DNA of 64,000 bases from an uncultured Acidobacteriota bacterium (GCA_963822445.1 CAWGHO010000002.1:1952001-2016000); one strand, 5' to 3'; numbered from the stretch's first letter, positions 19,334 through 31,803 are shown. The notes: a model not told the origin generated them from the letters alone. Numbers and translations are program-made.

Positions 19334-21245
19334 ATGACCGCGTTCAAGCCTTACGTCTCGCCTGACGAACGCATGCCCGAGTTCACCTGGCGTGGCTGGT
19401 TGCCGGGCATCCTCCTCGGCATCGTCTTCGGCGTCGCCAATGCCTATCTCGGTTTGCGCGCGGGCCTGACGATCTCCACGTCGATTCCCATCGCCGTGCT
19501 CACCGTCGCCGTTTATCGGATGGCCGTGCGCGGCAACATCCTCGAAGCGAACATGTCCCAGACCATCGGCTCGGCATCGAGCTCGGTGGCCAGCGGCGTG
19601 ATCTTCACCTTGCCGGCGCTGTTCCTCTGGGGCATCGAGCCGTCGCTGCTGCAGATGACCCTTCTCGCGCTCGCGGGCGGCGTGCTGGGAACGCTGTTCA
19701 TGATTCCGCTGCGCAAGTTCCTCATCGAGCGCGAGCACGACACGCTGCCGTATCCCGAAGGAACTGCTTGTGCGGAAGTGCTCGTGGCCAGCCAGGGTGG
19801 CGGGCGGGCGCGCGGCGTGTTCGAAGGCATCATCGCCGGCGGGCTTTTCAAGACGATCGTCGGCGGACTGCGGCTCGTGCCCGAGGAGATCGACGTACGC
19901 ATTCCGTTTCTGCGCAAGGGCCAGCTCGGTACCGAAGTCTCGGCGGCGCTGTTCGGAGTCGGCTTCATCCTCGGCCCGCGCGTCAGCACGGTCATGGTCA
20001 GCGGCGGGCTGTTGTCGTCGCTGCTGATCATTCCGCTGCTCGACTGGTGGGGACAGGGGCAGACCACGCCGTTCTATCCCGAGTTGAAGCTGACCATCGC
20101 CGAGATGAGTCCCGGCCAGTTGTGGTCGCGTTACGTGCGCTACATCGGCGCCGGTGCTGTTGCCGCGGCCGGGATCATGACGCTCATTCGCAGCATCCCT
20201 ACCATGGCCGAGAGTTTCCGCGTCGGGACCGCGCAGATGCGGAAGAGGGCTTCGGAGTCGGATGTCCCTTCACGCACGTCGCACGACCTGCGTTTCTCCA
20301 CGACCGTGATCGGCGCGATCTGTGTCATCGCGTTACTCACCGTGATGCCGCAGGCGTTCGGAACGTTGACCGCGTTCTCGCATCGATTGGTAGCCGCGAT
20401 TCTCGTCGCGATCTTCGCGTTCTTCTTCGCCACGGTTTCCTCGCGCATCGTCGGGATTCGTCGGCGTGACCTCGAATCCGACCAGCGGCATGACCATCGC
20501 GGCACTCCTCGGCACCGCGGCAGTTTTTCTGGCGATGGGTTGGACCGACGCCGCCGGAAAGGCGGGCGCGCTCGCCGTTGGCACAGTCGTCGCCATTGCC
20601 GCTTCGATCGCCGGCGACACGTCGCAGGATCTGAAGACCGGCTATCTCCTCGGCGCGACGCCGCGCTATCAGCAGATCGGCCAGCTGCTCGGCGTGCTGA
20701 CCTCCGCGGCATTCGTCTGCGGTGCCGTTCTGCTTCTCGGACGCGCGTACGGATTCGGTACCGAGGAGATTCCGGCGCCGCAGGCGACGCTGATGAAGCT
20801 CGTCATCGAAGGCGTGCTCGATCGGACGTTGCCGTGGGGCCTGGTGGCGATCGGCGTCGGTATCAGCATCGTGGCCGCGCTGTTGCGGTTGCCGGCGCTC
20901 GCTTTCGCGGTCGGCGTTTATCTGCCTGTCGCGGCGATGGTTCCGATCTTTCTCGGCGGCCTGCTGCGCATGGCGACCGATCGCGGGAAGAACGCCGCGA
21001 CGCGCGCGGATCATGGCGTGTTGCTCGGCTCCGGGTTCGTCGCGGGCGAAGGGTTGATCGGTGTGGCCATCGCCGGCATCGCGTTGGCGCTCGGGCGCGT
21101 ACCGGCAGGTGTCGGCTACGCGTGGGCGGGCGGCGCGGCGATGTGGATCGCGGCGGCGCTCTTCGCGACGCTCATTGGGTGGTTCTGGTACTCGATGCGA
21201 GCTTCCGTACGAGCTCCAGAAGCAGAGACGCCTCGCGAGTCGTGA
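19334..21245 (+). CDS. OPT family oligopeptide transporter (one frameshift near 20460)
   Basis: NAYLGLRAGLTISTSIP, LPYPEGTACA; continues in another frame as SNPTSGMT, SQDLKTG, PAPQATLM. Confidence 0.88.
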
Positions 21246-21882
21246 GCACCGCGCGTCCGGTAAGAGCCTGCAACTCCGCGCAGACGCGATCGGGATTGCG
21301 ATTGCCGAAGAACTCGATCGCGTCGAGCAGCGAACGGGTGCGCGAGTTGAGCTCCTGAATGAGCCGGTTCGCCGCGGGATCAGGTGCTTCGACGGGCGGA
21401 CGCAGGCCTTTGCCGAGCTCGTAACTGAAGATCGCCACCGACTGCGCGAGGTTCATTGTCGGGAAGGCAGGCCACGTCGGAATCGAGGCCGTGCGCTGGC
21501 AGAGCATCATCTCTTTCGCGCTCAAGCCGTACTTTTCGCGGCCGAAGACGATACCGAGGCGATGATCGGCGCTGAGTTGCTCCTCGGCGACGCGCGCGAC
21601 CTCGCTCGGTGAAAGCTGCTCGAAGACGTGACGCGCACGGACCGCGGTCGTGGCTACGGTGAGATGACAATCGGCGAGCGCTTCCTCGAGCGTGTCGACG
21701 CGCGATGCGTTCTCGACGACGTCGAGCGCGCCGACGGCCCACCAGCTCGAGACGTCGTCGGTTCGTTCCGTCTTTCCGCCAACGATCCAGAGGTCGGTGA
21801 AGCCGAAGTTCTTCATGGCCCGCGCGGACGCGCCGACGTTTCCGGAGTCCAGCGGCTCGACGAGGATGATGCGGACGTGCAT
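21172..21882 (-). CDS. trmJ: TrmJ/LasT SPOUT tRNA methyltransferase
   Basis: GNVGASARAMKNFG, VFGREKYGL, MNLAQSV. Confidence 0.88.
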   Translation of the reverse strand: MHVRIILVEPLDSGNVGASARAMKNFGFTDLWIVGGKTERTDDVSSWWAVGALDVVENASRVDTLEEALADCHLTVATTAVRARHVFEQLSPSEVARVAEEQLSADHRLGIVFGREKYGLSAKEMMLCQRTASIPTWPAFPTMNLAQSVAIFSYELGKGLRPPVEAPDPAANRLIQELNSRTRSLLDAIEFFGNRNPDRVCAELQALTGRAVLTTREASLLLELVRKLASSTRTTQ

Positions 21883-21915
21883 GGTCGGAGCATAATCGCA
21901 GGATCATCCTACACC

Positions 21916-22415
21916 ATGAATGCTCCGATCCTGACGACCGAGCGTCTCCGCCTGCGGATGCTGACGAACGAAGACTTCGATCAGTACGCGGCCATCCACA
22001 CGGATCCCGAGGTCACGCGGTTCACCACGCGCACGCACATGACGCGCATGGATGCCTGGCGGCACATGGCCATGATCCTCGGCCACTGGGTGCTCCGCGG
22101 ATTCGGCATGTGGGGCGTGGAAGAGCTCGAAACGGGCAAGCTCGTTGGCCGCGTCGGCTTCCACAACCCTGACGGCTGGCCGGCGTTCGAGCTCGGATGG
22201 ACGATCGGGAAGAACTGGTGGGGCAAGGGCTACGCGTCGGAAGCAGCGCGGCGTTGTCTCGAATACGCCTTCGAGGAGATGGGCCGCGACCATGTGATCA
22301 GCCTCATCGATCCGGACAACGTCAATTCCATCGGCGTCGCGGACCGGATCGGCGAGAAGCTCGAAGGCGAAGTCGAGGTGGGCGGTCATCGCCTGCTCGT
22401 GTATGGGATTTCGAG

Positions 22416-22419
<4 letters not shown>
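21916..22419 (+). CDS. GNAT acetyltransferase, RimJ/RimL-like
   Basis: [27 protein letters not shown] motifs. Confidence 0.88.
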
Positions 22420-24873
<2,454 letters not shown>

Positions 24874-24877
24874 AACG

Positions 24878-24908
24878 AAAAGCCTCCCGCGCCGAAGCGC
24901 GGGAGGCT
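24878..24908 (-). terminator. Rho-independent terminator between convergent genes
   Basis: AGCCTCCCGCGC-CGAA-GCGCGGGAGGCT 12-bp stem with U-tract on the minus strand. Confidence 0.8.
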
Positions 24909-24930
24909 GGGTAAAGACGAATGAAAGCGA

Positions 24931-25836
24931 CTACTGGACGCCCGGGATAGTCGGGCCGCTGGGAGTCTGCGAGCCGCCGTTGCCGCCGATGTAGTTGTTG
25001 CCGAACGTCAGGATCTGGCCACCGCCGACGAAGTTGAAGCCGGTGGTGTTGTTGAAGACCGACGTGCCGGTGAGGCGGGTCGTCGACGCGCCATTGCCGG
25101 CGGTGATGCCCGTTCCGTTGCCGGAGATGATCGAGTTCATCACGTTGACGGTGGTCGTGCCCGAGTTCTGCTCGGAGACGAGACCGACGTTCGTGTTGTT
25201 CGCGATCACCGAGTCGTAGATGTTGGCGATGCCGCCGTTGGCGATGTACACGCCGATGCCGTTCTGAATCGAGCGGACGTTGTTCAGCGTCGTCTTGGTG
25301 ATCGCCGGCGGGGCCGACGGGAACGCCGCGTAACCGATCGACGTGCAGTTCGACATCGTGACGTCGGTCAGGTTGACCGTGGCCGCGACCTCGATGCTCA
25401 CGCAGCGGTTCGACTGATTCTGGATGTTGACGCGCTCCATGATCAGCTTCGAGCCTTGGATGAAACGCACGCCGTTCACGCCGAGGGTCGTGCCCGCGCC
25501 GTTGATCGAAAGGTCGCGCAGCACGACGATGACGCCGGCACCGTTGATCAGGAAGCCGTTGACCGAGCTGTTCAGGCCCGAGGCGAGCGTGCCCGTGCCC
25601 TGAATCGTGATCGACTTGGTAATGGTGAGTGCGCCGTAACCGCCCGGATCGAGAACGCTGATCTCGCCGCCGGCGGCGGTCTTCGAGATCGCACCTGCGT
25701 ACGTCTTGCAGGGAGCGGTGCGGCTGCAGGGGTTGGCGTCGTCACCAACACCCGAGACCCACGTGCGCGTAGCCTGACCTTCAGCGACGCCCACCATAAT
25801 CAAACAAACAGCCAATACCAAAAGAGTGCGCTTCAT
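24931..25836 (-). CDS. Secreted right-handed beta-helix (pectin-lyase-fold) protein
   Basis: GGAGGAG RBS, signal peptide, TRTWVSGVGDDANPCSRTAPCKT N-terminus, Asn/Gly-rich repeats. Confidence 0.8.
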   Translation of the reverse strand: MKRTLLVLAVCLIMVGVAEGQATRTWVSGVGDDANPCSRTAPCKTYAGAISKTAAGGEISVLDPGGYGALTITKSITIQGTGTLASGLNSSVNGFLINGAGVIVVLRDLSINGAGTTLGVNGVRFIQGSKLIMERVNIQNQSNRCVSIEVAATVNLTDVTMSNCTSIGYAAFPSAPPAITKTTLNNVRSIQNGIGVYIANGGIANIYDSVIANNTNVGLVSEQNSGTTTVNVMNSIISGNGTGITAGNGASTTRLTGTSVFNNTTGFNFVGGGQILTFGNNYIGGNGGSQTPSGPTIPGVQ

Positions 25837-25981
25837 GATTCTCCTCCACTTGATTGCGGCCCACGTGATCACGCGCGTGCCCGCGAATCTCTTGTTGATA
25901 GATACGTGATCGACACTGCGCCGCGACGGACACCTTCGACGCGATGCAGTCATTCCCCACTTGGTTTATCTGAGTTGCGCA

Positions 25982-26025
25982 AGTCTACGCCGGAAATTTT
26001 GAGAGTCAACGTGATCGAGATCACG
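25982..26025 (-). promoter_or_regulatory. sigma70 promoter with adjacent CRP/FNR-type site
   Basis: Minus strand TTGACT-N16-TAGACT; palindrome CGTGA-N6-TCACG at 26010-26025 abutting the -35. Confidence 0.55.
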
Positions 26026-26095
26026 CGGGCCATCAAAAAATCTTTATGCGTAAAACCCTACGATTCTGGTGATTCGGACCGCTCCGATTGTGACA

Positions 26096-27070
26096 CTAAC
26101 GGACCGGTTGCGGGGAGAGTTTTTCGATCAGCGCCTGGAGGCGGGCGCGGCCTTCCGTCTGCTCGCCGACGGTTCCGCTGAGGAGCCGGGCGATGTCGCT
26201 CAGCTCGCGAAGGACGTCCGGGGTCGCATCGCCGAGGGCGATCGCTCCACTCGCTTCGCCGCTCAGGGCGAGACGCTTCCGCTCATCGGCGGCACGGGCC
26301 TGCTCTTCCGATCGCCTCTCCAGCTCGCCGGGCATCGACAGCAGGGCTTCGTCGATCGCGTTCCGCAGGTTCCCGCGGTTGATGTCGCGATCATCGGCCA
26401 GGTCCCGAATCTGGATAAGCCGTTTCATTGCAGGGAAGTAGGGGCTGCTCGGATCGTCGACCAGCTTGGCCTGCAGCAGCGACACTTCCGCCACCGCGGC
26501 CTTGCTGCCGCTCTCCACGCCCAGCTCGACGACCGCCTTCACCGACTTGCCGATGTCCGGCAGGGCCACGCCGTTCGCGTCGCCCGGGTTGACCCAGGCG
26601 TTGACCGGAATCTCGTGATGCGTCGTTCTGCCGTCGAAGGAAGTCGAGTCGACGAGGACGTTCCGGATCCACACACGATTGTTCGCCGAGAACGTTCCCC
26701 GCTTTTTCGGCACCGTGACTTCGACGCGATATCCATTGGCGCCGGTGACGGTGATGTAGCGCAGCTCCGGCTCGGTGTGGACGTGCTCGATGGTCTTCTC
26801 CTCGGTGACGCGACCGCCCTCCTCGCGCTGCAGCGAAGCCCAGCGATATGTGCCGTCGTCGCGCGGTCCACGAAGGGTGTGGATGTCGCTGTCGACGATC
26901 GCCAGGAGAACCTGACGCGACCGGCCGAGGTCCTCGGCGACCGCGGTGACCCTGGCTAGCGTGCGGAGATCATTGGTGAGCAGTTCCGTATTCGCATCGC
27001 GCGGGGCGGGGTCGATCGCAAAGGCGGAGATGGTCAGCAGAAGAGTAGCGAGCACAACAAGGTGTTTCAT
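26096..27070 (-). CDS. Hypothetical secreted protein
   Basis: Signal peptide MKHLVVLATLLLTISAFA; genome-like codon usage; no family recognised. Confidence 0.7.
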   Translation of the reverse strand: MKHLVVLATLLLTISAFAIDPAPRDANTELLTNDLRTLARVTAVAEDLGRSRQVLLAIVDSDIHTLRGPRDDGTYRWASLQREEGGRVTEEKTIEHVHTEPELRYITVTGANGYRVEVTVPKKRGTFSANNRVWIRNVLVDSTSFDGRTTHHEIPVNAWVNPGDANGVALPDIGKSVKAVVELGVESGSKAAVAEVSLLQAKLVDDPSSPYFPAMKRLIQIRDLADDRDINRGNLRNAIDEALLSMPGELERRSEEQARAADERKRLALSGEASGAIALGDATPDVLRELSDIARLLSGTVGEQTEGRARLQALIEKLSPQPVR

Positions 27071-27095
27071 GGCGCGGATCTTAATGAAAAATCGC

Positions 27096-27126
27096 TTGCA
27101 CCTCACGCGGCGTGAGGTCCTACGCT
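27096..27126 (+). promoter_or_regulatory. MerR-type promoter/operator (tipA-like)
   Basis: TTGCAC-N19-TACGCT with dyad ACCTCACGC-G-GCGTGAGGT in the spacer. Confidence 0.85.
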
Positions 27127-27132
27127 TTCTTC

Positions 27133-27831
27133 ATGTTGAAGATCGGCGACCTGGCCTCGCGCAGCGGTGTATCGATCCGGACGCTGCATCACTACGACGA
27201 GATCGGGCTGCTCTCACCGTCGGACCGGACCGAATCAGGACACCGCCTGTACGGCCGTGAGGAGGTCGTCCGTCTGCAGCAGATCGTCTCGCTGCGGCAG
27301 ATGGGCTTCGCTCTCGATCAGATACGGGACCTGCTCGATCGCCGCGGCGTGGAGCCGCGTCAGGTGATCGAGCTTCACATCGCGCGGCTGAGAGAACAGA
27401 TCGCGACGCAGCAGCAGCTCATCGACCGTCTGGAAAGCCTCGCCGCGCACTGCGAGTCGGCCGGCGCCGACGAGTACCTCAAAACCATGGAGATGATGAT
27501 CATGTTCGAAAAGTACTACTCCAGAGAACAGCTCGAGACGCTGGCGAAGCGCCGGGAGATGCTCGGTGAAGACAAGATGCGCGAGGTGCAGGAAGAGTGG
27601 CCGCGGCTCATCGCTTCGGTGCGTGCGGAGCTGGACCGCGGTACCGATCCGAAAGATCCGCGTGTGCAGGCACTGGCGCAGCGGTGGAAGGAGCTCATCG
27701 AGATGTTCACCGGCGGCGATCCCGGGATCGCGCAGTCACTGGCGAGCTTCTACCGCGGCGAGCCGCAGTTCGCCGCGGAGCAGGGTTTGGGCGGCGGCGT
27801 CTCGGAGTATGTGAAGAAAGCGCTCACCTGA
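27133..27831 (+). CDS. MerR family regulator with TipAS antibiotic-recognition domain
   Basis: IRTLHHYDEIGLLSPS HTH; C-terminal DPKDPRVQALAQRW...FTGGD. Confidence 0.88.
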   Translation: MLKIGDLASRSGVSIRTLHHYDEIGLLSPSDRTESGHRLYGREEVVRLQQIVSLRQMGFALDQIRDLLDRRGVEPRQVIELHIARLREQIATQQQLIDRLESLAAHCESAGADEYLKTMEMMIMFEKYYSREQLETLAKRREMLGEDKMREVQEEWPRLIASVRAELDRGTDPKDPRVQALAQRWKELIEMFTGGDPGIAQSLASFYRGEPQFAAEQGLGGGVSEYVKKALT

Positions 27832-27834
27832 TTG

Positions 27835-28695
27835 ATGATCACCGGCCGCTTCGCCCCTTCGCCAACAGGTCCGCTGCACCTCGGCAGCCTCGTCGCCGCG
27901 GTCGGATCATGCCTTTACGCGAAGCGGGTGGGCGGCCGGTGGCTCGTGCGGATGGAGGACATCGACACGCCGCGCGTCATTCCGGGATCGGCGGAGGAGA
28001 TTCTCTCCGCGCTGGAGCGGTACGGATTGGAATCCGATGGCGAGATCGTCTGGCAGTCGCGGCGGACGAAGCTCTACGAGGAGGCGCTGGCGACGCTCCG
28101 TGCGCGCGGCCTGGTCTACGACTGCGCCTGCTCCCGCGCCGATCTGCAACGCGCCGCCTCCGCGCCGCTGGGACGCGAGCCTGTGTATCCCGGAACGTGC
28201 CGTGACGGTCTGGCGCCGGGGAGAGTCGCGCGAGCCATTCGCTTTCGTGCACCGGACGAGGTCATCGGATTCGACGACCCGCTCCGCGGTCGCGTCGAGG
28301 AGAACGTCGCCGAGAGCACGGGAGACTTCGTCGTGCGTCGCGCGGACGGACTGTTCGCGTATCAGCTCGCGGTCGTGGTCGATGATGCCGAACAGGGCGT
28401 CACCCAGGTCGTGCGCGGTGCGGATTTGCTGACCTCGACGCCGCGTCAGATCGCGCTGCAACGCGCGCTCGATTTCCCGACGCCCGAGTACGCGCATCTG
28501 CCGCTGGTGACCAATGCAGACGGCTCGAAACTGGGGAAGCGCGATGGCGCACTGCCGTTGCCGTCGCTTGACGAACAGCGCATCGCGGAGACACTCGCGC
28601 TGGCGTTGCGGCATCTCGGAATCGACGCCGCTCCAGGTCCGGCCCGCAACATGCTACAAGCCGCGCTGCATGACTTACGACATCCGAAACAATGA
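27835..28695 (+). CDS. gluQ: Glutamyl-Q tRNA(Asp) synthetase
   Basis: RFAPSPTGPLHLGS, CACSR..YPGTC Zn site, AYQLAVVVDD, KLGKR; no anticodon domain. Confidence 0.9.
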   Translation: MITGRFAPSPTGPLHLGSLVAAVGSCLYAKRVGGRWLVRMEDIDTPRVIPGSAEEILSALERYGLESDGEIVWQSRRTKLYEEALATLRARGLVYDCACSRADLQRAASAPLGREPVYPGTCRDGLAPGRVARAIRFRAPDEVIGFDDPLRGRVEENVAESTGDFVVRRADGLFAYQLAVVVDDAEQGVTQVVRGADLLTSTPRQIALQRALDFPTPEYAHLPLVTNADGSKLGKRDGALPLPSLDEQRIAETLALALRHLGIDAAPGPARNMLQAALHDLRHPKQ

Positions 28696-28948
28696 AGAGA
28701 AGTCGCGGTTCGAGACGACGATCGACGGCAAGACCGCGTTCTCCGCATACAACCGCGCGGGTGACACCGTCACCTTCACCCACACCGAAGTTCCTCCCGA
28801 GTTGGAAGGAAAAGGCATCGCCGGCGCGATCGTGAAGCACGCGCTCGAAGACGCGCGCTCGAACAAGCTCGGCGTCGTCGCGGCCTGCGCGTACGTCGCG
28901 ACATACGTTCGGAGGCATCCGGAGTATGAGGATTTGCTGAAAGGCTGA
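28670..28948 (+). CDS. Small GNAT (YjdJ-like)
   Basis: FTHTEVPPELEGKGIAG, ACAYV..YVRRHPEY. Confidence 0.85.
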   Translation: MTYDIRNNEEKSRFETTIDGKTAFSAYNRAGDTVTFTHTEVPPELEGKGIAGAIVKHALEDARSNKLGVVAACAYVATYVRRHPEYEDLLKG

Positions 28949-28963
28949 ACGATAATCCGCGCC

Positions 28964-30634
28964 ATGCAACTGGCGCTGATCGCAGTCGTCTTCCTCACCC
29001 TGATCGCGGTCGCGTACCGCGTGTACGGAGGCTGGGTGGCCCGCCTCGTCGGCCTCGATGCCGCGGCGACGACACCCGCGCACGAGAAGGAAGACGGCGT
29101 CGACTTCGTTCCGACGAAGCCGTTCTACCTCTTCGGGCAGCACTTCGCCGCGATCGCGGCGGCCGGCCCGATCGCCGGCCCGATCATCGCCTGCCAGGCC
29201 TTCGGCTGGCTTCCCTGTCTTCTCTGGATCGGCCTCGGCGTCGTCCTGATCGGCGCCGTGCACGACTTCATGGCCCTGGCCGCGTCCGTGCGGCACGGCG
29301 CACGCTCGATCGCCGACATCACCCGCGATCACCTCGGCGCAAAGGCCGGCATCGCCATGATGGCCTTCATCTGGCTCGCGCTCGTCTACGTGATCGTCGC
29401 CTTCGCCGACATCACCGCCTCGAGCTTCGTCACCGGCACGGACGAACTGGCCGCCGCCGCGACGACCTTCCATCCCGGCGGCGCGGTCGCGGCGGCGAGC
29501 ATCTTTTATCTACTGCTGGCCGTGGTCATGGGCCTCGTCCAGCGCTTCCTCCATCCGCCGCTGTGGCTCATCACCGTGATCTTCGTTCCCGCGACGTTCG
29601 GCATGGTCTGGCTCGGAACGCAGGTCTCGACGTACTTCGTGATGGATGCGAAATGGTGGGCTCTGCTCATCCTCGCGTATTGCTGCGTTGCGTCGATGGT
29701 TCCGGTCTGGTCGCTGCTCCAGCCTCGCGGCTACCTCGGCGGCTTCGTTCTCTACTTCGCGCTTGCGCTCGGTGTCATCGGCATCTTCTTCGGCGGCTAC
29801 GAGATCAAGCAGGCGGCATTCAAAGGGTGGAATGGCGGCGCGACGGGGATGCTCTTCCCCTTCCTCTTCGTGACCATCGCCTGTGGCGCGTGCTCCGGGT
29901 TCCACGGGCTGGTCTGCTCGGGAACGACGTCGAAACAGATCGATCGCGAGACGCACATCAAGCCGGTGGGATATGGCGGGATGCTGGCCGAGGCTTTCGT
30001 GGCTTTGATTGCGATGGTGACGGTGATGATCGTCGCGCAGGGCGACCTGACCGGATTGAAACCAGGCACGATCTACGGCAACGGCATCGGCAACTTCCTG
30101 ACGATGATCATCGGCGAGAAGTACCGCAACTTCGCGATCACGTTCGGGGCGATGGCCTTCTCGACGTTCGTCTTCGACACGGTCGACGTTTCCACGCGGC
30201 TCGGGCGCTACATCGTGCAGGAGCTCTTCCGCTGGCAGACGCGATTCGGCGCCTGGGTGGGCACGTTTCTCACCGTGGCTCTGCCCGTTTACTTCGTTGC
30301 CTTCGCGCCTGCCGGCACCTGGGTGAAGTTCTGGACGCTCTTCGGCGCCTCGAATCAGCTTCTGGCCGCGCTGACCCTGCTCGCGATCAGCGTCTGGCTG
30401 CATCAGCGCCGGCAGCGGGTCGCATTCACGCTCATCCCGATGGCCTTCGTGCTCATCACCACGCTCTACGCCCTGGTCCGGCTCACCGGCGCGAGCTTCG
30501 CTACCGCCGCAAAGGATCCCGTGGCCATGGTCAACGGCATCACCTCGGCGTCGCTGATCCTGCTGGCGCTGTACCTGGTGTTCCGGGCCATCGTGCGGAT
30601 CAGGGCGGAGAAGGTCATTCCGGTGGCGGCATAA
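28964..30634 (+). CDS. cstA: Carbon starvation protein A family transporter
   Basis: DGVDFVP, GQHFAAIAAAGPIAGP, LLQPRGY, IACGACSGFH, FGASNQLLA. Confidence 0.92.
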   Translation: MQLALIAVVFLTLIAVAYRVYGGWVARLVGLDAAATTPAHEKEDGVDFVPTKPFYLFGQHFAAIAAAGPIAGPIIACQAFGWLPCLLWIGLGVVLIGAVHDFMALAASVRHGARSIADITRDHLGAKAGIAMMAFIWLALVYVIVAFADITASSFVTGTDELAAAATTFHPGGAVAAASIFYLLLAVVMGLVQRFLHPPLWLITVIFVPATFGMVWLGTQVSTYFVMDAKWWALLILAYCCVASMVPVWSLLQPRGYLGGFVLYFALALGVIGIFFGGYEIKQAAFKGWNGGATGMLFPFLFVTIACGACSGFHGLVCSGTTSKQIDRETHIKPVGYGGMLAEAFVALIAMVTVMIVAQGDLTGLKPGTIYGNGIGNFLTMIIGEKYRNFAITFGAMAFSTFVFDTVDVSTRLGRYIVQELFRWQTRFGAWVGTFLTVALPVYFVAFAPAGTWVKFWTLFGASNQLLAALTLLAISVWLHQRRQRVAFTLIPMAFVLITTLYALVRLTGASFATAAKDPVAMVNGITSASLILLALYLVFRAIVRIRAEKVIPVAA

Positions 30635-30669
30635 GCCGACCACGAGCCTCTGACAACACGCTGCGGGCC

Positions 30670-31329
30670 GTGCCCGCCGTCGGGGCGCTCGTCGGCCACT
30701 TCAGCTCGGGCTCGTTCCCATACTGCTCCGGCACGCTGATCTCGCCGACCGTCTTCCTGACCGCCGCGCATTGCGACATCGGCCGGTCGACCGTTTACGT
30801 CACCTTCGATTCCGTGTTCGGCGCGAATTCGAAACTCGTCTCCGGAACGTTCTACGGCGACCCGCTTTACAACTGGGCGCAGGACGATCCGCACGACATC
30901 GCCGTGGTCGTCTTCGACCAGCCGGTCAAGGGCATCACTCCGGCGGCGCTGCCCACCGCGGGCTCGCTCGGATCGCTGAAGGTCAACCAGCAGTTCACCG
31001 CGGTCGGATACGGATCGCAGGAAGCGGTCAACCAGCCGGGCGGCCCTGTCAACGCCTACTACGACATCCGTGAGTACTCGATCTCGTCGCTGAACGCGAT
31101 CAACCCGGCGTGGCTGCGGTTGTCGCAGAATCCGGCGACGGGCGACGGCGGAACCTGCTACGGCGATTCCGGCGGCCCGAACTTCCTCGGCGCCGGCAAG
31201 ACCGAAACGAACATCGTCGCCGGGACGACCATCACCGGCGACATGTTCTGCAAGGCGACGAACGTGGTCTACCGGACCGATACCGAGTCCGCGCGCTCGT
31301 TCCTGTCCCGTTTCGTGACCCTGCCGTAG
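30670..31329 (+). CDS. Trypsin-like (S1) serine protease, N-terminus/signal peptide apparently missing
   Basis: LTAAHC, DIAVV, GDSGGP catalytic triad; only a GTG at 30670 is available after the cstA stop. Confidence 0.7.
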   Translation: MPAVGALVGHFSSGSFPYCSGTLISPTVFLTAAHCDIGRSTVYVTFDSVFGANSKLVSGTFYGDPLYNWAQDDPHDIAVVVFDQPVKGITPAALPTAGSLGSLKVNQQFTAVGYGSQEAVNQPGGPVNAYYDIREYSISSLNAINPAWLRLSQNPATGDGGTCYGDSGGPNFLGAGKTETNIVAGTTITGDMFCKATNVVYRTDTESARSFLSRFVTLP

Positions 31330-31333
31330 CGCT

Positions 31334-31789
31334 TCAGAATCGAAGCCCGATCGTCACCGCGAAATCATCCGAATCGCTGTCGTCGTCTTCGAGCGTCCGG
31401 AAGTACTTGAGCTGCGCATACGGCTTCAGGGACCCGAGCTCGAAGGCGACGCCGCCGATCAGGTTTCCAACGAGGTCCGTCGTTTCGCCGCCGACGTCGG
31501 TGTCGACGTAAATCAGACCAAGGCCGGCGCCGACGTAGGGAACGATGGTGCTGAACTTCCCGATGTCGATGGTCACGTCGAGGTTCGCGCTTCCCGCGGT
31601 GATGTCGTCCTCGAGGCTGTACTCGATGTTCGGATTGATGTTGAGCGCTCCGGTGTCGAAGAGCACCTCCGCGCCGATGAACTCCTGGTCCGCGTCGCGA
31701 TACTGACCGGCCCGGATCCCGAAATCGGCAGCGAGCGCGGCCGGTGCGAGGAGGAGGATTGCCATGAGAGTGAATTTGCGCATCTTCAT
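31334..31789 (-). CDS. Small outer-membrane beta-barrel protein
   Basis: Signal peptide, PYVGAGLG, C-terminal IGLRF. Confidence 0.8.
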   Translation of the reverse strand: MKMRKFTLMAILLLAPAALAADFGIRAGQYRDADQEFIGAEVLFDTGALNINPNIEYSLEDDITAGSANLDVTIDIGKFSTIVPYVGAGLGLIYVDTDVGGETTDLVGNLIGGVAFELGSLKPYAQLKYFRTLEDDDSDSDDFAVTIGLRF

Positions 31790-31803
31790 GAAAAGGCGGG
31801 CTG

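Noticed and set aside
19064-21358. 764-aa OPT with a long Arg-rich tail
   Set aside because: The tail is off-frame sequence after the 20460 frameshift
25840-25975. Known riboswitch in the beta-helix gene leader
   Set aside because: No recognisable aptamer consensus by eye; needs an Rfam search
29563-31329. 588-aa ORF suggesting a large protease overlapping cstA
   Set aside because: The first ~370 aa are an Arg-rich off-frame reading of cstA; only the region from ~30670 is protease-like
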